A stretch of DNA of 64,000 nt. It comes from a virus (Duplodnaviria; Caudoviricetes). The stretch's first letter is position 1. Each line of letters opens with the position of its first letter. A program made the translations under genes and the position numbers. Below the pieces are notes generated by a model. That model saw nothing but the letters and a program-made list of their open reading frames with translations. It did not search any database and had not been told where the DNA came from. Positions 8,849 through 17,463 of this stretch are shown in pieces. The stretch spans positions 2,713-66,712 of the IMG/VR virus record IMGVR_UViG_3300014596_000012; one strand, 5' to 3'.

Positions 8849-9328
8849 ATGACTTTACAGCACATAGAAGCACAAAAAGCGGCACGTTACGTGGGGAATT
8901 ATTCAGAGAAGCAGGCTCAACGTCGTGCACTGGATGAAATGCTAAAGGGGTACAAGGGGAAGATCACTGAATTACCAGGGCCAAACTTTAAACCGCGTCC
9001 TGTTCACCATCACTGTGAAGATCCAAATGAGTTTTGCGGTCTGATCAAACTAAGCCGAATCAAGAACTGGTTCAATGCCGGTACTAAAAACCTGTCACGT
9101 CGCAAGATGATCTTAAAGTTTGTGGATATGACTGAAGACCAGGTGCTGTATATCACCCTGCCAGCCAATGAGCAGAGCCTGAGTAACCGTGAGTACCGCA
9201 ATATTATGAATGCTATGCCACTGGTTGAAGCAGAAGAGCAGCGTTTGTTAGCTGATCTCACCAGACCTTTCATGGATCGTCAGCCTGCTGTTCACCAGTC
9301 AGCTTTTGATTTTGGGGATGTGTCGTGA
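8849..9328 (+). CDS. Hypothetical phage protein
   Basis: 159-aa ORF with GGGGA RBS. Confidence 0.7.
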   Translation: MTLQHIEAQKAARYVGNYSEKQAQRRALDEMLKGYKGKITELPGPNFKPRPVHHHCEDPNEFCGLIKLSRIKNWFNAGTKNLSRRKMILKFVDMTEDQVLYITLPANEQSLSNREYRNIMNAMPLVEAEEQRLLADLTRPFMDRQPAVHQSAFDFGDVS

Positions 9329-9972
9329 AGAACAGATTTTATTTAGCGTGTTTCCGGGACAATGTTGGATCAAATGTTAGTTTTCAGTGTAAAGAATTTA
9401 AGGGGTATCACACTGATATCGATCAGGCTCATGAATGCACACTTGAAGAAGCACAACGGAAATTTAATCATGCTCGAGAGTATGACTTACCGTTATCCGC
9501 TGATCATGTCGATGCATTAGCAGTTTGGAAGGTTGATCATCAGTATTTACCATCAAAATCAGACTTAAGCCCATCTGATAAGTATGTGTTTTTTGTTAAA
9601 GGCATCTGGGATGGCAATGATGTGTACTGGACTGATTTGAATGGCAGTAAATCAACCAATTTTTTACATGCTCAAGTAATTGGGCGTACAGCAGCCGAGT
9701 GTATCAATCACAACGATTATGTTGTGGTTCCTTTTGAGCTGGCAGACAAATCTAAACGCAGAACTTTTGATTTTAGAAAAGTAAATAAACGCACGATGGT
9801 CCAAGGTGCAGGATTAATAACGCCTAAACACCTAAAAAAAATAAGTCGGAGAAATCCGAATCCAATGACACGCTTCAACTGCCCTGAATGCGGAAAAATT
9901 AACTGGCAGCACAATCCATATGATTTTGATGGATGCAATCACTGCTGTCATGGCTGGAGTGGTGCTGAATGA
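9325..9972 (+). CDS. Hypothetical phage protein with C-terminal Zn ribbon
   Basis: FNCPECGK...GCNHC. Confidence 0.7.
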   Translation: MKNRFYLACFRDNVGSNVSFQCKEFKGYHTDIDQAHECTLEEAQRKFNHAREYDLPLSADHVDALAVWKVDHQYLPSKSDLSPSDKYVFFVKGIWDGNDVYWTDLNGSKSTNFLHAQVIGRTAAECINHNDYVVVPFELADKSKRRTFDFRKVNKRTMVQGAGLITPKHLKKISRRNPNPMTRFNCPECGKINWQHNPYDFDGCNHCCHGWSGAE

Positions 9973-10049
9973 AAGACCTAAACAAGACACTGCTGTTTAT
10001 TTTTATGTTGATTGGTGCTGCTTTGGTGAGATTAGGGGGTGGGGTGTGA
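9969..10049 (+). CDS. 26-aa membrane peptide (not in ORF track)
   Basis: MKDLNKTLLFIFMLIGAALVRLGGGV; ATGA and GTGA overlaps couple it to both neighbours. Confidence 0.55.
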   Translation: MKDLNKTLLFIFMLIGAALVRLGGGV

Positions 10050-11497
10050 GTTTTAATTTACTTCCGCATGAATTGATAATTGATAATTTTGCAGGTGGTG
10101 GTGGGACTAGTACCGGTCTTGAGCAAGCTTTCGGCCGTACGGTAGATGTTGCAATTAATCATGATCCAAAAGCACTGGCTATGCATCGTATCAATCACCC
10201 AGATACTAAACACTTTTGTGAAAGCGTATGGGATGTAGATCCTATCGAAGCTACAGGTAATCAGCCGGTAGGTCTGGTTTGGCTGTCCCCGGACTGCAAG
10301 CATTTTAGTAAAGCTAAAGGTGGTAAACCGGTTGAAAAGAAAATCCGTGGATTAGCTTGGGTAGCATTGCGCTGGGCTGCAAAAACCCGTCCACGTGTCA
10401 TCATGCTGGAGAATGTTGAAGAGTTTAAAACATGGGGAACATTGGGGAGGGATGGTAAACCTTGTCCTAAAGGTAAAGGACGTACCTTCAAAAGCTTTGT
10501 GAATGCGCTTAAACGTCAAGGGTATGAAGTTGAATGGAATGAATTACGGGCTTGTGATTATGGTTCACCTACCATTCGCAAACGTTTCTTCTTGATTGCT
10601 CGTCGTGATGGTTTACCAATTAAATGGCCCGAACCAACACATGGACATCCAGATTCTATCCAAGTAAGAAAAGGAACCCTGAAGCCATGGCGTACAGCTG
10701 CTGAATGTATTGACTGGTCCATTGATTGCCCGAGTATTTTCACTCGTAAGCGCCCATTGGCAAAAGCCACCATGGATCGTATCGCTGCTGGATTGGATAA
10801 GTTTGTGGTTAAAAATCCAAGCCCATTTATTGTTGGTGAAATAGCTCCAGTACTTACCGAATGTGCAAACGCATCAAATAGAAGATCAATGCCGTCTAAC
10901 GAACCTCTGCGCACTATTTGTGCTCAAACCAAAGGAGGACACCACGCATTAATCTCAGCACATTTGGCAAAAAACTATACGGGAGTAATTGGCAGTTCAG
11001 TGGTTGAGCCTGTGCACACTATTACAGCGAAAGATCACAATTCTTTAGTTGTAAGCCATCTTTCCAAAATGAAGAAAAATTGCACTGGTCAAACTATTGA
11101 TTCACCACTTCATGCAATGACTACAGTGAATCAATTTGCTGAAGTTCGCGCCTTTTTAACTGCATTTTATGGCAATGAAAAAGACGGGAATCCTATCGAT
11201 ACACCTTTACGCACTATCCCAACACGCGATCGTTTTGGTCTGGTTCAAATCCAAGGTCAAGACTATCAAATCTCTGATATTGGTTTTCGGATGCTGCAAC
11301 CGGTTGAATTATTCAAAGCCCAAGGTTTCCCGGAAAACTATATTTTTGAGCGCGGGATTAATGAGCATGGTGATGAGATCCGACTGACTAAAACCGAACA
11401 GACCCGAATGGTTGGCAATTCCGTTTGTCCTCAATTATCACGTGCTTTAGTAGAAGCGAATTTTAAGCATGAAGAAAAATACAAAGGTGCCGCATGA
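10046..11497 (+). CDS. DNA cytosine-5 methyltransferase
   Basis: DNFAGGGG (motif I), SPDCKHFS (PC), ENV (motif VI), RKRFF, MVGNSV (motif X); GTG start at 10046. Confidence 0.92.
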   Translation: MSFNLLPHELIIDNFAGGGGTSTGLEQAFGRTVDVAINHDPKALAMHRINHPDTKHFCESVWDVDPIEATGNQPVGLVWLSPDCKHFSKAKGGKPVEKKIRGLAWVALRWAAKTRPRVIMLENVEEFKTWGTLGRDGKPCPKGKGRTFKSFVNALKRQGYEVEWNELRACDYGSPTIRKRFFLIARRDGLPIKWPEPTHGHPDSIQVRKGTLKPWRTAAECIDWSIDCPSIFTRKRPLAKATMDRIAAGLDKFVVKNPSPFIVGEIAPVLTECANASNRRSMPSNEPLRTICAQTKGGHHALISAHLAKNYTGVIGSSVVEPVHTITAKDHNSLVVSHLSKMKKNCTGQTIDSPLHAMTTVNQFAEVRAFLTAFYGNEKDGNPIDTPLRTIPTRDRFGLVQIQGQDYQISDIGFRMLQPVELFKAQGFPENYIFERGINEHGDEIRLTKTEQTRMVGNSVCPQLSRALVEANFKHEEKYKGAA

Positions 11498-11949
11498 ACA
11501 ACGATTCTAATATTGCCCGAGCTATGTGCCTGGTACCACATCACATGATGCTGGCTTTCATGCAGGATAATCACAACAAAATTATCGATGATAGTGCCTA
11601 CTGGAACATGCTGGGTACTGCATGGAAAGCTGGTGGTTGTTTTAAAGATCAAAACGACTGGATGGTGATGTTTCGCAGTAAACGCAGAAACCGTCAGAAA
11701 ATTATGAAAACCAGTGAACGTCGTGAGTTTGCACGTTTGCCTAAAAAATTGAAGGCGTATCGGGCCTATGCGGATCCAATTGAAATTGAGCAGTCAATTT
11801 GCTGGAGCTTGGATAAAAAGTTTGTTGAGCGATATGCCAAGGCGAAAGACCTGCAGATTGCAGAATGCACGTTTAACCGTGATGACGTATTTGCTTATTT
11901 CAACCGTCGTCAGGAGTCTGAAATTCTGGTGTGGCGAGATGTCGCGTAA
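11494..11949 (+). CDS. Hypothetical phage protein
   Basis: 151-aa ORF, ATGA-coupled to the MTase. Confidence 0.7.
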   Translation: MNNDSNIARAMCLVPHHMMLAFMQDNHNKIIDDSAYWNMLGTAWKAGGCFKDQNDWMVMFRSKRRNRQKIMKTSERREFARLPKKLKAYRAYADPIEIEQSICWSLDKKFVERYAKAKDLQIAECTFNRDDVFAYFNRRQESEILVWRDVA

Positions 11950-12016
11950 ATCGTCGTGACTTATATCAAATTTTATTTATCAAAATTTCAATCAAGTATT
12001 ACAGGGTGATTACCGC

Positions 12017-12394
12017 ATGAGTTTAGGCCAAGACACATTTATGCCACGTGTTGAGCTAGTCGTTCACAAATTTACAAATCCTGAGCTGAAACAGACACAG
12101 CGCGAGTATTGGGAAAAGGAAGTCGCAAAGTTTAAGAAACAGGGCAACCAGATTACCCAGATCCCAGCAGGACAAAGCGGTTATAAACCAGCGGAAAATG
12201 AATATGCCAGCAAAGGCAGACAAAGCAAAGGTGGAGCACGGCAATCTACTACGGTTTATAGAACACATGAGGCAGATACCTATGAAGGTAAGCCATGTAA
12301 AAAATGCGGTTTAAAACTGCGTTACGTTTCAAATAGTGCTTGTGTGGATTGTGCGAAATCGAGAAAGAAGAATGTCCAAGCTAAAAGTTCGTAA
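12017..12394 (+). CDS. Hypothetical protein with C-terminal CxxC-CxxC Zn finger
   Basis: GKPCKKCG...SACVDC. Confidence 0.7.
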   Translation: MSLGQDTFMPRVELVVHKFTNPELKQTQREYWEKEVAKFKKQGNQITQIPAGQSGYKPAENEYASKGRQSKGGARQSTTVYRTHEADTYEGKPCKKCGLKLRYVSNSACVDCAKSRKKNVQAKSS

Positions 12395-13073
12395 GAAGAA
12401 ATTCAACCCAAACCGGATATCGCCGGCAGCGATCAGACAGTACCAGCACGACGCATCATTGCGTCGTGACATGGCCCAAAAGTTCCCAATGGAAATGGAA
12501 TATGTTGGCCATCATGTGCATGAGTACATTGAACGCAAGAAATTAGATGAAAAAGAATTATTTGATCTTTTTTCAGACAGCAAGACGTTACCGTTCCATA
12601 TAGCGTTAGGGGCATACGATTGGCAGAACATGGGTATCGTTCTGGCGCTCGATCATATCAAGCCGTGTGAGTGGTTTATTCATACAAATATTCATTTGAT
12701 GAATGTGGAAGATGAAGATACCAACATGATTACCGTGCCGTATGAGCAGAGAGTTCCAGAGATGCACCACTGTGAACTTTGGCAAGGTAAAGCGGATGCC
12801 AGGGTGGATCTGGGCATGGGTTTAAAGAAAGTGGGGTGGAAGGGCTTAAAGCAAGAACTGTCTGATGCCATTGATGCCCGGAAGGACATACCAGAAGGCC
12901 ATGCTATTGAGTATATGCAGATATATATCAGTGCTGATGTCGAGTTTAAGAGCCTTGCGGCCTACAAGGAATATCTGGCTGTGAACTCATGGCTAGAACA
13001 GGGCATTGAAGTTGCTGAACGAAACCTGCGGCAATTATGGGTTTATGAACAAATTGCGCAGCAACAAGCATAA
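12372..13073 (+). CDS. Hypothetical phage protein
   Basis: Start MSKLKVRKKKFNPNR at 12372. Confidence 0.75.
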   Translation: MSKLKVRKKKFNPNRISPAAIRQYQHDASLRRDMAQKFPMEMEYVGHHVHEYIERKKLDEKELFDLFSDSKTLPFHIALGAYDWQNMGIVLALDHIKPCEWFIHTNIHLMNVEDEDTNMITVPYEQRVPEMHHCELWQGKADARVDLGMGLKKVGWKGLKQELSDAIDARKDIPEGHAIEYMQIYISADVEFKSLAAYKEYLAVNSWLEQGIEVAERNLRQLWVYEQIAQQQA

Positions 13074-13089
13074 ATTTTTGGAGAGAAGA

Positions 13090-13305
13090 ATGCAGTGTGA
13101 ATCTAAGAAACATAAGGATGAGGCTGCATTTGATCTACATGTGGATTATCAGGCTTGGGTAAAGACACAGGATTTTTACCCAACCTTATTGGCCAACCGT
13201 GGTACGGCGTTGTTTTTGCGTGACGGTGATGAATATCGTTATATGCCGGTTCGAGTTGGCTTTAAGGCTTATCAAATGATTCAGAACAAACGGGGAACAA
13301 TATGA
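13090..13305 (+). CDS. Hypothetical phage protein
   Basis: GGAG RBS then MQCESKKHK. Confidence 0.6.
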   Translation: MQCESKKHKDEAAFDLHVDYQAWVKTQDFYPTLLANRGTALFLRDGDEYRYMPVRVGFKAYQMIQNKRGTI

Positions 13306-13499
13306 TGTTGAAACCAAATACTTTACACCTGGCATTGGCCAGCGCGGGGATGTACTTCAATTTTGAACGTCGCATTATGGCAGCGTTTAATTCGAATACT
13401 GATAAAGCAGTCACTGGCTTACCAGAGGTTAAATCTTTGGATGAACTCATGTCAGAAAATACCGGGCTGGTGTGTGCCTGGGATCTGGCTGCTGAATAA
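13302..13499 (+). CDS. Small hypothetical phage protein
   Basis: 65-aa coupled ORF. Confidence 0.55.
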   Translation: MMLKPNTLHLALASAGMYFNFERRIMAAFNSNTDKAVTGLPEVKSLDELMSENTGLVCAWDLAAE

Positions 13500-13506
13500 A
13501 TAGCCT

Positions 13507-13938
13507 ATGCCAGCGGTATTGACTGATCGGGAACTTCGGAAAGCAGGCTTGGGGCACTTATGCGCTAAGCCTGTACCTGATCCAAAAAAGAAAACCCCAA
13601 AATACAACAATATTAAGACCGAAAAGGACGGGCTTAAGTTTGATTCAAAAAAAGAGCAGCGTCGGTATGAGCAGCTGAAGACCATGCAGCGTATGGGATT
13701 GATTGCTGGTTTACAGCATCACGTACGCTTTGAAATTATTGATTCGGTGCAGTATCCATCAAAAAAGAGCCGAACTGCAGCACGATATTATGAAGCAGAC
13801 TTTGTATATACCGATCTCAAGACCGGTCAGACCATTGTTGAAGATGTGAAGTGTAAATCAACTGCGACAAATCCGGTGTATACGCTGAAAAAGCAACTCA
13901 TGATGTTGAAACATGGCATAGAAATTCAAGAGGTCTAA
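13507..13938 (+). CDS. DUF1064-like PD-(D/E)xK endonuclease
   Basis: KYNN..T..DG.KFDSKKE.RRY, YEADFVY, VEDVK. Confidence 0.85.
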   Translation: MPAVLTDRELRKAGLGHLCAKPVPDPKKKTPKYNNIKTEKDGLKFDSKKEQRRYEQLKTMQRMGLIAGLQHHVRFEIIDSVQYPSKKSRTAARYYEADFVYTDLKTGQTIVEDVKCKSTATNPVYTLKKQLMMLKHGIEIQEV

Positions 13939-14616
13939 ATGGCACTATTCAAAAAATTGGAAAAGCAGATTGAAGGAAAGCTCTATGCCGTTGGTGATCT
14001 ACACGGCTGTTATAACCTTTTGATACAGAAACTACATGATATTGGCTTTGATTTTGAGAAAGATCATCTGGTTTCTGTAGGGGATCTGGTCGATCGTGGA
14101 CCACAAAACCTGCAGTGCATCGAATTACTTTCTCAGTCATGGTTTAGCGCTGTACGTGGTAACCATGAAGATCTATGTGTTCAAGGCCTACATAACGAAT
14201 CTGCAAAGCGCTGCCATATCGCCAATGGTGGTGAATGGTTTTATATGCTCGATGGCCAAGCTATGTACAACATTGCACACACCTTTGCCGAGTTGCCTAT
14301 AGCGATTGAAGTTGACTATAAGGGCAAGCGTTTTGGGTTTGTGCATGGCCATATTGAACACAACAACTGGGATACCTTCAAAAACGACTTAAATTCAGTA
14401 ATCGAAGGTCGTCATGTAGCAGATCACGTAATGTGGGGACGTGATCGTTTCGGGGATTGGGAAGGAACTCAGTATTCAGCGGTTGAAAATGTGCATGCAG
14501 TGATACTTGGCCATAGCGTTTCACCACAGCTTGTCAAACGTCATAACTGCTATTTCATAGATACAGGTGCAGTCCATTGGGCCACGCTCACTGTACTTGA
14601 TCTGGATTTGATTTAA
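13939..14616 (+). CDS. NinI-like Ser/Thr protein phosphatase (metallophosphoesterase)
   Basis: GDLHG, GDLVDRG, RGNHE, HG, GHS, IDTG motifs. Confidence 0.9.
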   Translation: MALFKKLEKQIEGKLYAVGDLHGCYNLLIQKLHDIGFDFEKDHLVSVGDLVDRGPQNLQCIELLSQSWFSAVRGNHEDLCVQGLHNESAKRCHIANGGEWFYMLDGQAMYNIAHTFAELPIAIEVDYKGKRFGFVHGHIEHNNWDTFKNDLNSVIEGRHVADHVMWGRDRFGDWEGTQYSAVENVHAVILGHSVSPQLVKRHNCYFIDTGAVHWATLTVLDLDLI

Positions 14617-14630
14617 AGGGGTAGGTAGAT

Positions 14631-15152
14631 ATGGCCGAGCGTAAGAAACACACTGATGCAGAACAGAATGATGAAAAGAAGTCATCAACGATCATGATCT
14701 ATGAAGCATGTGTGGATCTGCATAACCAGGGGCAGATTATCACACGTGAAACTCTGCAAATCGCACTTCCACATCTTACCCGGGGACAGATTGATGATCG
14801 CTTAAGTTATCTGGTGGATACAAATCAGGTGAACCGCGTTGAACGTGGTGTTTATATGCCGGTGCAACAGCATCGTCCTGCACGCATGATTAGTAAAACG
14901 GTGCTGAATGACGGTACGGTAAAGATTGAAATCGGTGATGATATTGTGCTGACCTTAACACCTAAAGAAGCACGGGATTTTGGGTGTTTAATGATGAGCG
15001 ATGCCATGCAGCACAGCAATATTGAGATGGGTCGGAGCATGAATTACCTCACAAATAACATTGCTACCCAAGTCAGTAAGCTTACACGCAGTATTGAGCG
15101 TATCCATGAGGAGAAAATCCAAGGAGGCCTGTTTGATGAAAGTAGTACATAA
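14631..15152 (+). CDS. Winged-helix DNA-binding protein, candidate late-gene activator
   Basis: ITRETLQIALPHLTRGQIDDRLSYLVDTNQVNRVERGVY wHTH-like; near the end of the middle operon. Confidence 0.55.
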   Translation: MAERKKHTDAEQNDEKKSSTIMIYEACVDLHNQGQIITRETLQIALPHLTRGQIDDRLSYLVDTNQVNRVERGVYMPVQQHRPARMISKTVLNDGTVKIEIGDDIVLTLTPKEARDFGCLMMSDAMQHSNIEMGRSMNYLTNNIATQVSKLTRSIERIHEEKIQGGLFDESST

Positions 15153-15408
15153 ATTTCCTGTCACTCAGGCATGGGAGCAAACTTTTGAAGTATCAGAAGG
15201 TGCTCAGGTATTGGATATTGAGCTGAGTGATGGACAGTCATGCGTCTGGATACTGCTAGATCCAAACGCACCCAAGGTACCATTAACCATCTTTGCTGTT
15301 CACACTGGCCAACCGCTTCGACACGAGCATGGAATATATATAAAGACTCTGCATGTATTTAATAACCTTGGGCAGCAGATCGTGACGCATTTCTTCAGGA
15401 AGCCATAG
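15136..15408 (+). CDS. Hypothetical phage protein
   Basis: AGGAGG RBS, MKVVHKFPV. Confidence 0.7.
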   Translation: MKVVHKFPVTQAWEQTFEVSEGAQVLDIELSDGQSCVWILLDPNAPKVPLTIFAVHTGQPLRHEHGIYIKTLHVFNNLGQQIVTHFFRKP

Positions 15409-15428
15409 TTAGGATGGATAATAAGAAA

Positions 15429-15458
15429 TAGTCATATCAAAATGTATTGATATGACTA
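15429..15458. terminator. Hairpin between convergent genes
   Basis: 12-bp perfect stem TAGTCATATCAA/TTGATATGACTA. Confidence 0.6.
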
Positions 15459-15470
15459 ATTAGATAAAAG

Positions 15471-16502
15471 CTATTCAGCAGACAGTAAATATATGTCACT
15501 GGCAGATAGGCCATCTTTTACATACAGCATAGGCGTTTGTGCTTCATCAATCCCTTCTAGCATTAAGGCTGCTTTAGCTTGATCAAATGACTTTTGAACT
15601 GAATGTCCAAAGCTAATAGATGAATAAAACTGAGCAGAGAAATATTGTGCAGCTTCGTCAGTAATACTTTGGGTCATCCCGATTGCGCATTCAATATGTT
15701 GGGTGACTAATGATGCTTGATTAAACGAAGAGCAGGTATTAAAGAAAACCAATCGTAAATTATCATTTGCTACGCTCATAGCTTGAACGATAGCTTCAAG
15801 TGATACCAACTTTGTTTCATCATTATTGTTCATTAAAACCAACTCATCGTCATCACTGCCATGACCGCTGAAATGGACAATAGTTGGCTCACAAGTATTT
15901 AGATGATGCAAAATGTCACCAGGCCTAACTGCCCATCTAGATTCAAGTTTCACAGAATCTCTATGACGCGCTTTACTAATTTGTTCATCTATAGATCGCA
16001 CTTCAATATCTAACCCTAATTGCCCTTGATCACGTGGATTAGACGCTAGAAATAAAACAGTAATTTTTTTCGGTAATTCTTTTAGTTTTTTGATTTCCTG
16101 TGAATGATCTTTCACAGTAGAAGATAAGTTGGCCATTAACTTTGCCTGTTCCTTGTTAGCACGATCGACTTTAACTTGATTTTGTTTAGCTAATTTTGTT
16201 TCTTCAGCGAAGACCTTTTTTTCATATTCACCTTTACGTTTCTCTAAACTTGCAATTTCTTTCTCATGTTTAGCTATATTGTCATAATGTTTTATTTTTG
16301 CCGCCTCACATCTTTCAATCTCTTTACTCTTACTTTTAATTGTAGTTAGTGAACTAGTACTATTAATTTGTCTTTTTAAGTTTGCAATTTTTGTATTTTC
16401 TTTTGAAATGCTTTCAGTTTCTTTCCCTTTTTTTGCTAGAGCCTGGGAAATCTTTTTAGCTGTATCTTGAACAGTTCTTCTGTATGAGTCTAATAAAGAC
16501 AT
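15471..16502 (-). CDS. CHAT-domain (caspase-like) protease with N-terminal coiled coil
   Basis: VLFLASNP, catalytic HFSGHG and FFNTCSS; AT-rich and antisense to phage genes. Confidence 0.88.
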   Translation of the reverse strand: MSLLDSYRRTVQDTAKKISQALAKKGKETESISKENTKIANLKRQINSTSSLTTIKSKSKEIERCEAAKIKHYDNIAKHEKEIASLEKRKGEYEKKVFAEETKLAKQNQVKVDRANKEQAKLMANLSSTVKDHSQEIKKLKELPKKITVLFLASNPRDQGQLGLDIEVRSIDEQISKARHRDSVKLESRWAVRPGDILHHLNTCEPTIVHFSGHGSDDDELVLMNNNDETKLVSLEAIVQAMSVANDNLRLVFFNTCSSFNQASLVTQHIECAIGMTQSITDEAAQYFSAQFYSSISFGHSVQKSFDQAKAALMLEGIDEAQTPMLYVKDGLSASDIYLLSAE

Positions 16503-16604
16503 TTTGGTATCCTGTAATCGAAATGTGATAAGTGTATTTATAGTTAGAGTCACTATAAATTAGAAAAAAGAATAAATCATCCTTCCGTGGAACATCTATC
16601 CACC

Positions 16605-16906
16605 GTACGCACTGCGTAAAACTGTAGGGTTCGACAGTACGCACTGCGCACTCCCATCATCACCTTGTAAGCAAAGGTGGTGTGATGTCAGAGAAGAAAA
16701 CAGCTCCTGATTGGGAACGTATTGAAATCGAATATCGTGCAGGTGTGCAGTCTATAAGACAGATAGCACAAGCCTTTGGCGTATCTGATGGTGCTATTCG
16801 CAAGCGTGCAAAGACACAGGAATGGACCCGCGATTTAAACGGAAAAATCAAGGCAAAAGCAGAGGCAATAGTGCGCACTGAAGTGGTACGCACTGAGGTA
16901 CGCAAC
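16605..16906 (+). repeat. GTACGCACTG repeats around the terS start (candidate pac/TerS sites)
   Basis: 16605, 16637, 16871 (GTGCGCACTG), 16886, 16898 (partial). Confidence 0.5.
16624..16660 (+). promoter_or_regulatory. Late-promoter motif GTAGGGTTCG-N21-CATCAT
   Basis: Conserved motif and fixed spacing, upstream of terS. Confidence 0.7.
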
Positions 16907-17371
16907 TCACCAGAATATAAGGCCACAGAAAAAGAAACCATTGATGCTAATGCCAATCTGATTGCTAGCATCCAGATCAATCAGCGTAAAGATATCCAGC
17001 GTGCCCGAAATTTATGTATGGGTCTGTTCGATGAACTTGAGCACTTAATCGGACTCGACAACATCGCATTGCTGCAAGATTTTGGCGAAGTCATGCGCAA
17101 GGAAGATGACAAAGGCCAAGACAGGCTGAATGACCTGTACCACAAGATTATCCAGCTACCGAACCGAGTGAAGTCGATGAAGGATCTGGGCGACACACTC
17201 AAGACTTTGGTTGGTCTGGAAGTACAAGCTTATGGCCTGGATAAAAAACAAGAAGAAAAAGCTGATGACCTGACTGCATTGATCAATCGAATTGCTCAAA
17301 GCAACTCATCCACATTCCAGCCTGTAGCACATGACCCTGAGTTCGATAATGAAAATGGGGACGCTACGTGA
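16685..17371 (+). CDS. terS: Terminase small subunit
   Basis: PDWERIEIEYRAGVQSIRQIAQAFGVSDGAIRKRAK HTH, directly upstream of terL. Confidence 0.85.
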   Translation: MSEKKTAPDWERIEIEYRAGVQSIRQIAQAFGVSDGAIRKRAKTQEWTRDLNGKIKAKAEAIVRTEVVRTEVRNSPEYKATEKETIDANANLIASIQINQRKDIQRARNLCMGLFDELEHLIGLDNIALLQDFGEVMRKEDDKGQDRLNDLYHKIIQLPNRVKSMKDLGDTLKTLVGLEVQAYGLDKKQEEKADDLTALINRIAQSNSSTFQPVAHDPEFDNENGDAT

Positions 17372-17463
17372 ATAAGACGGCCAACGACCCACATCAAAAT
17401 CATTTCATGCACGTACGTGCAATAAAACTGCACCATGATTGTGCAAAAGTGGTGATTATATGA
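17368..17463 (+). CDS. 31-aa bridging ORF between terS and terL
   Basis: GTGA and ATGA overlaps on both sides. Confidence 0.4.
   Translation: MNKTANDPHQNHFMHVRAIKLHHDCAKVVII

Noticed and set aside
9920-10045. Track N-terminal extension of the methyltransferase (similarly 4919, 12336, 13006, 15061, 16553, 47479 starts)
   Set aside because: They overlap upstream genes or regulatory sites; downstream starts have RBS or stop-start coupling
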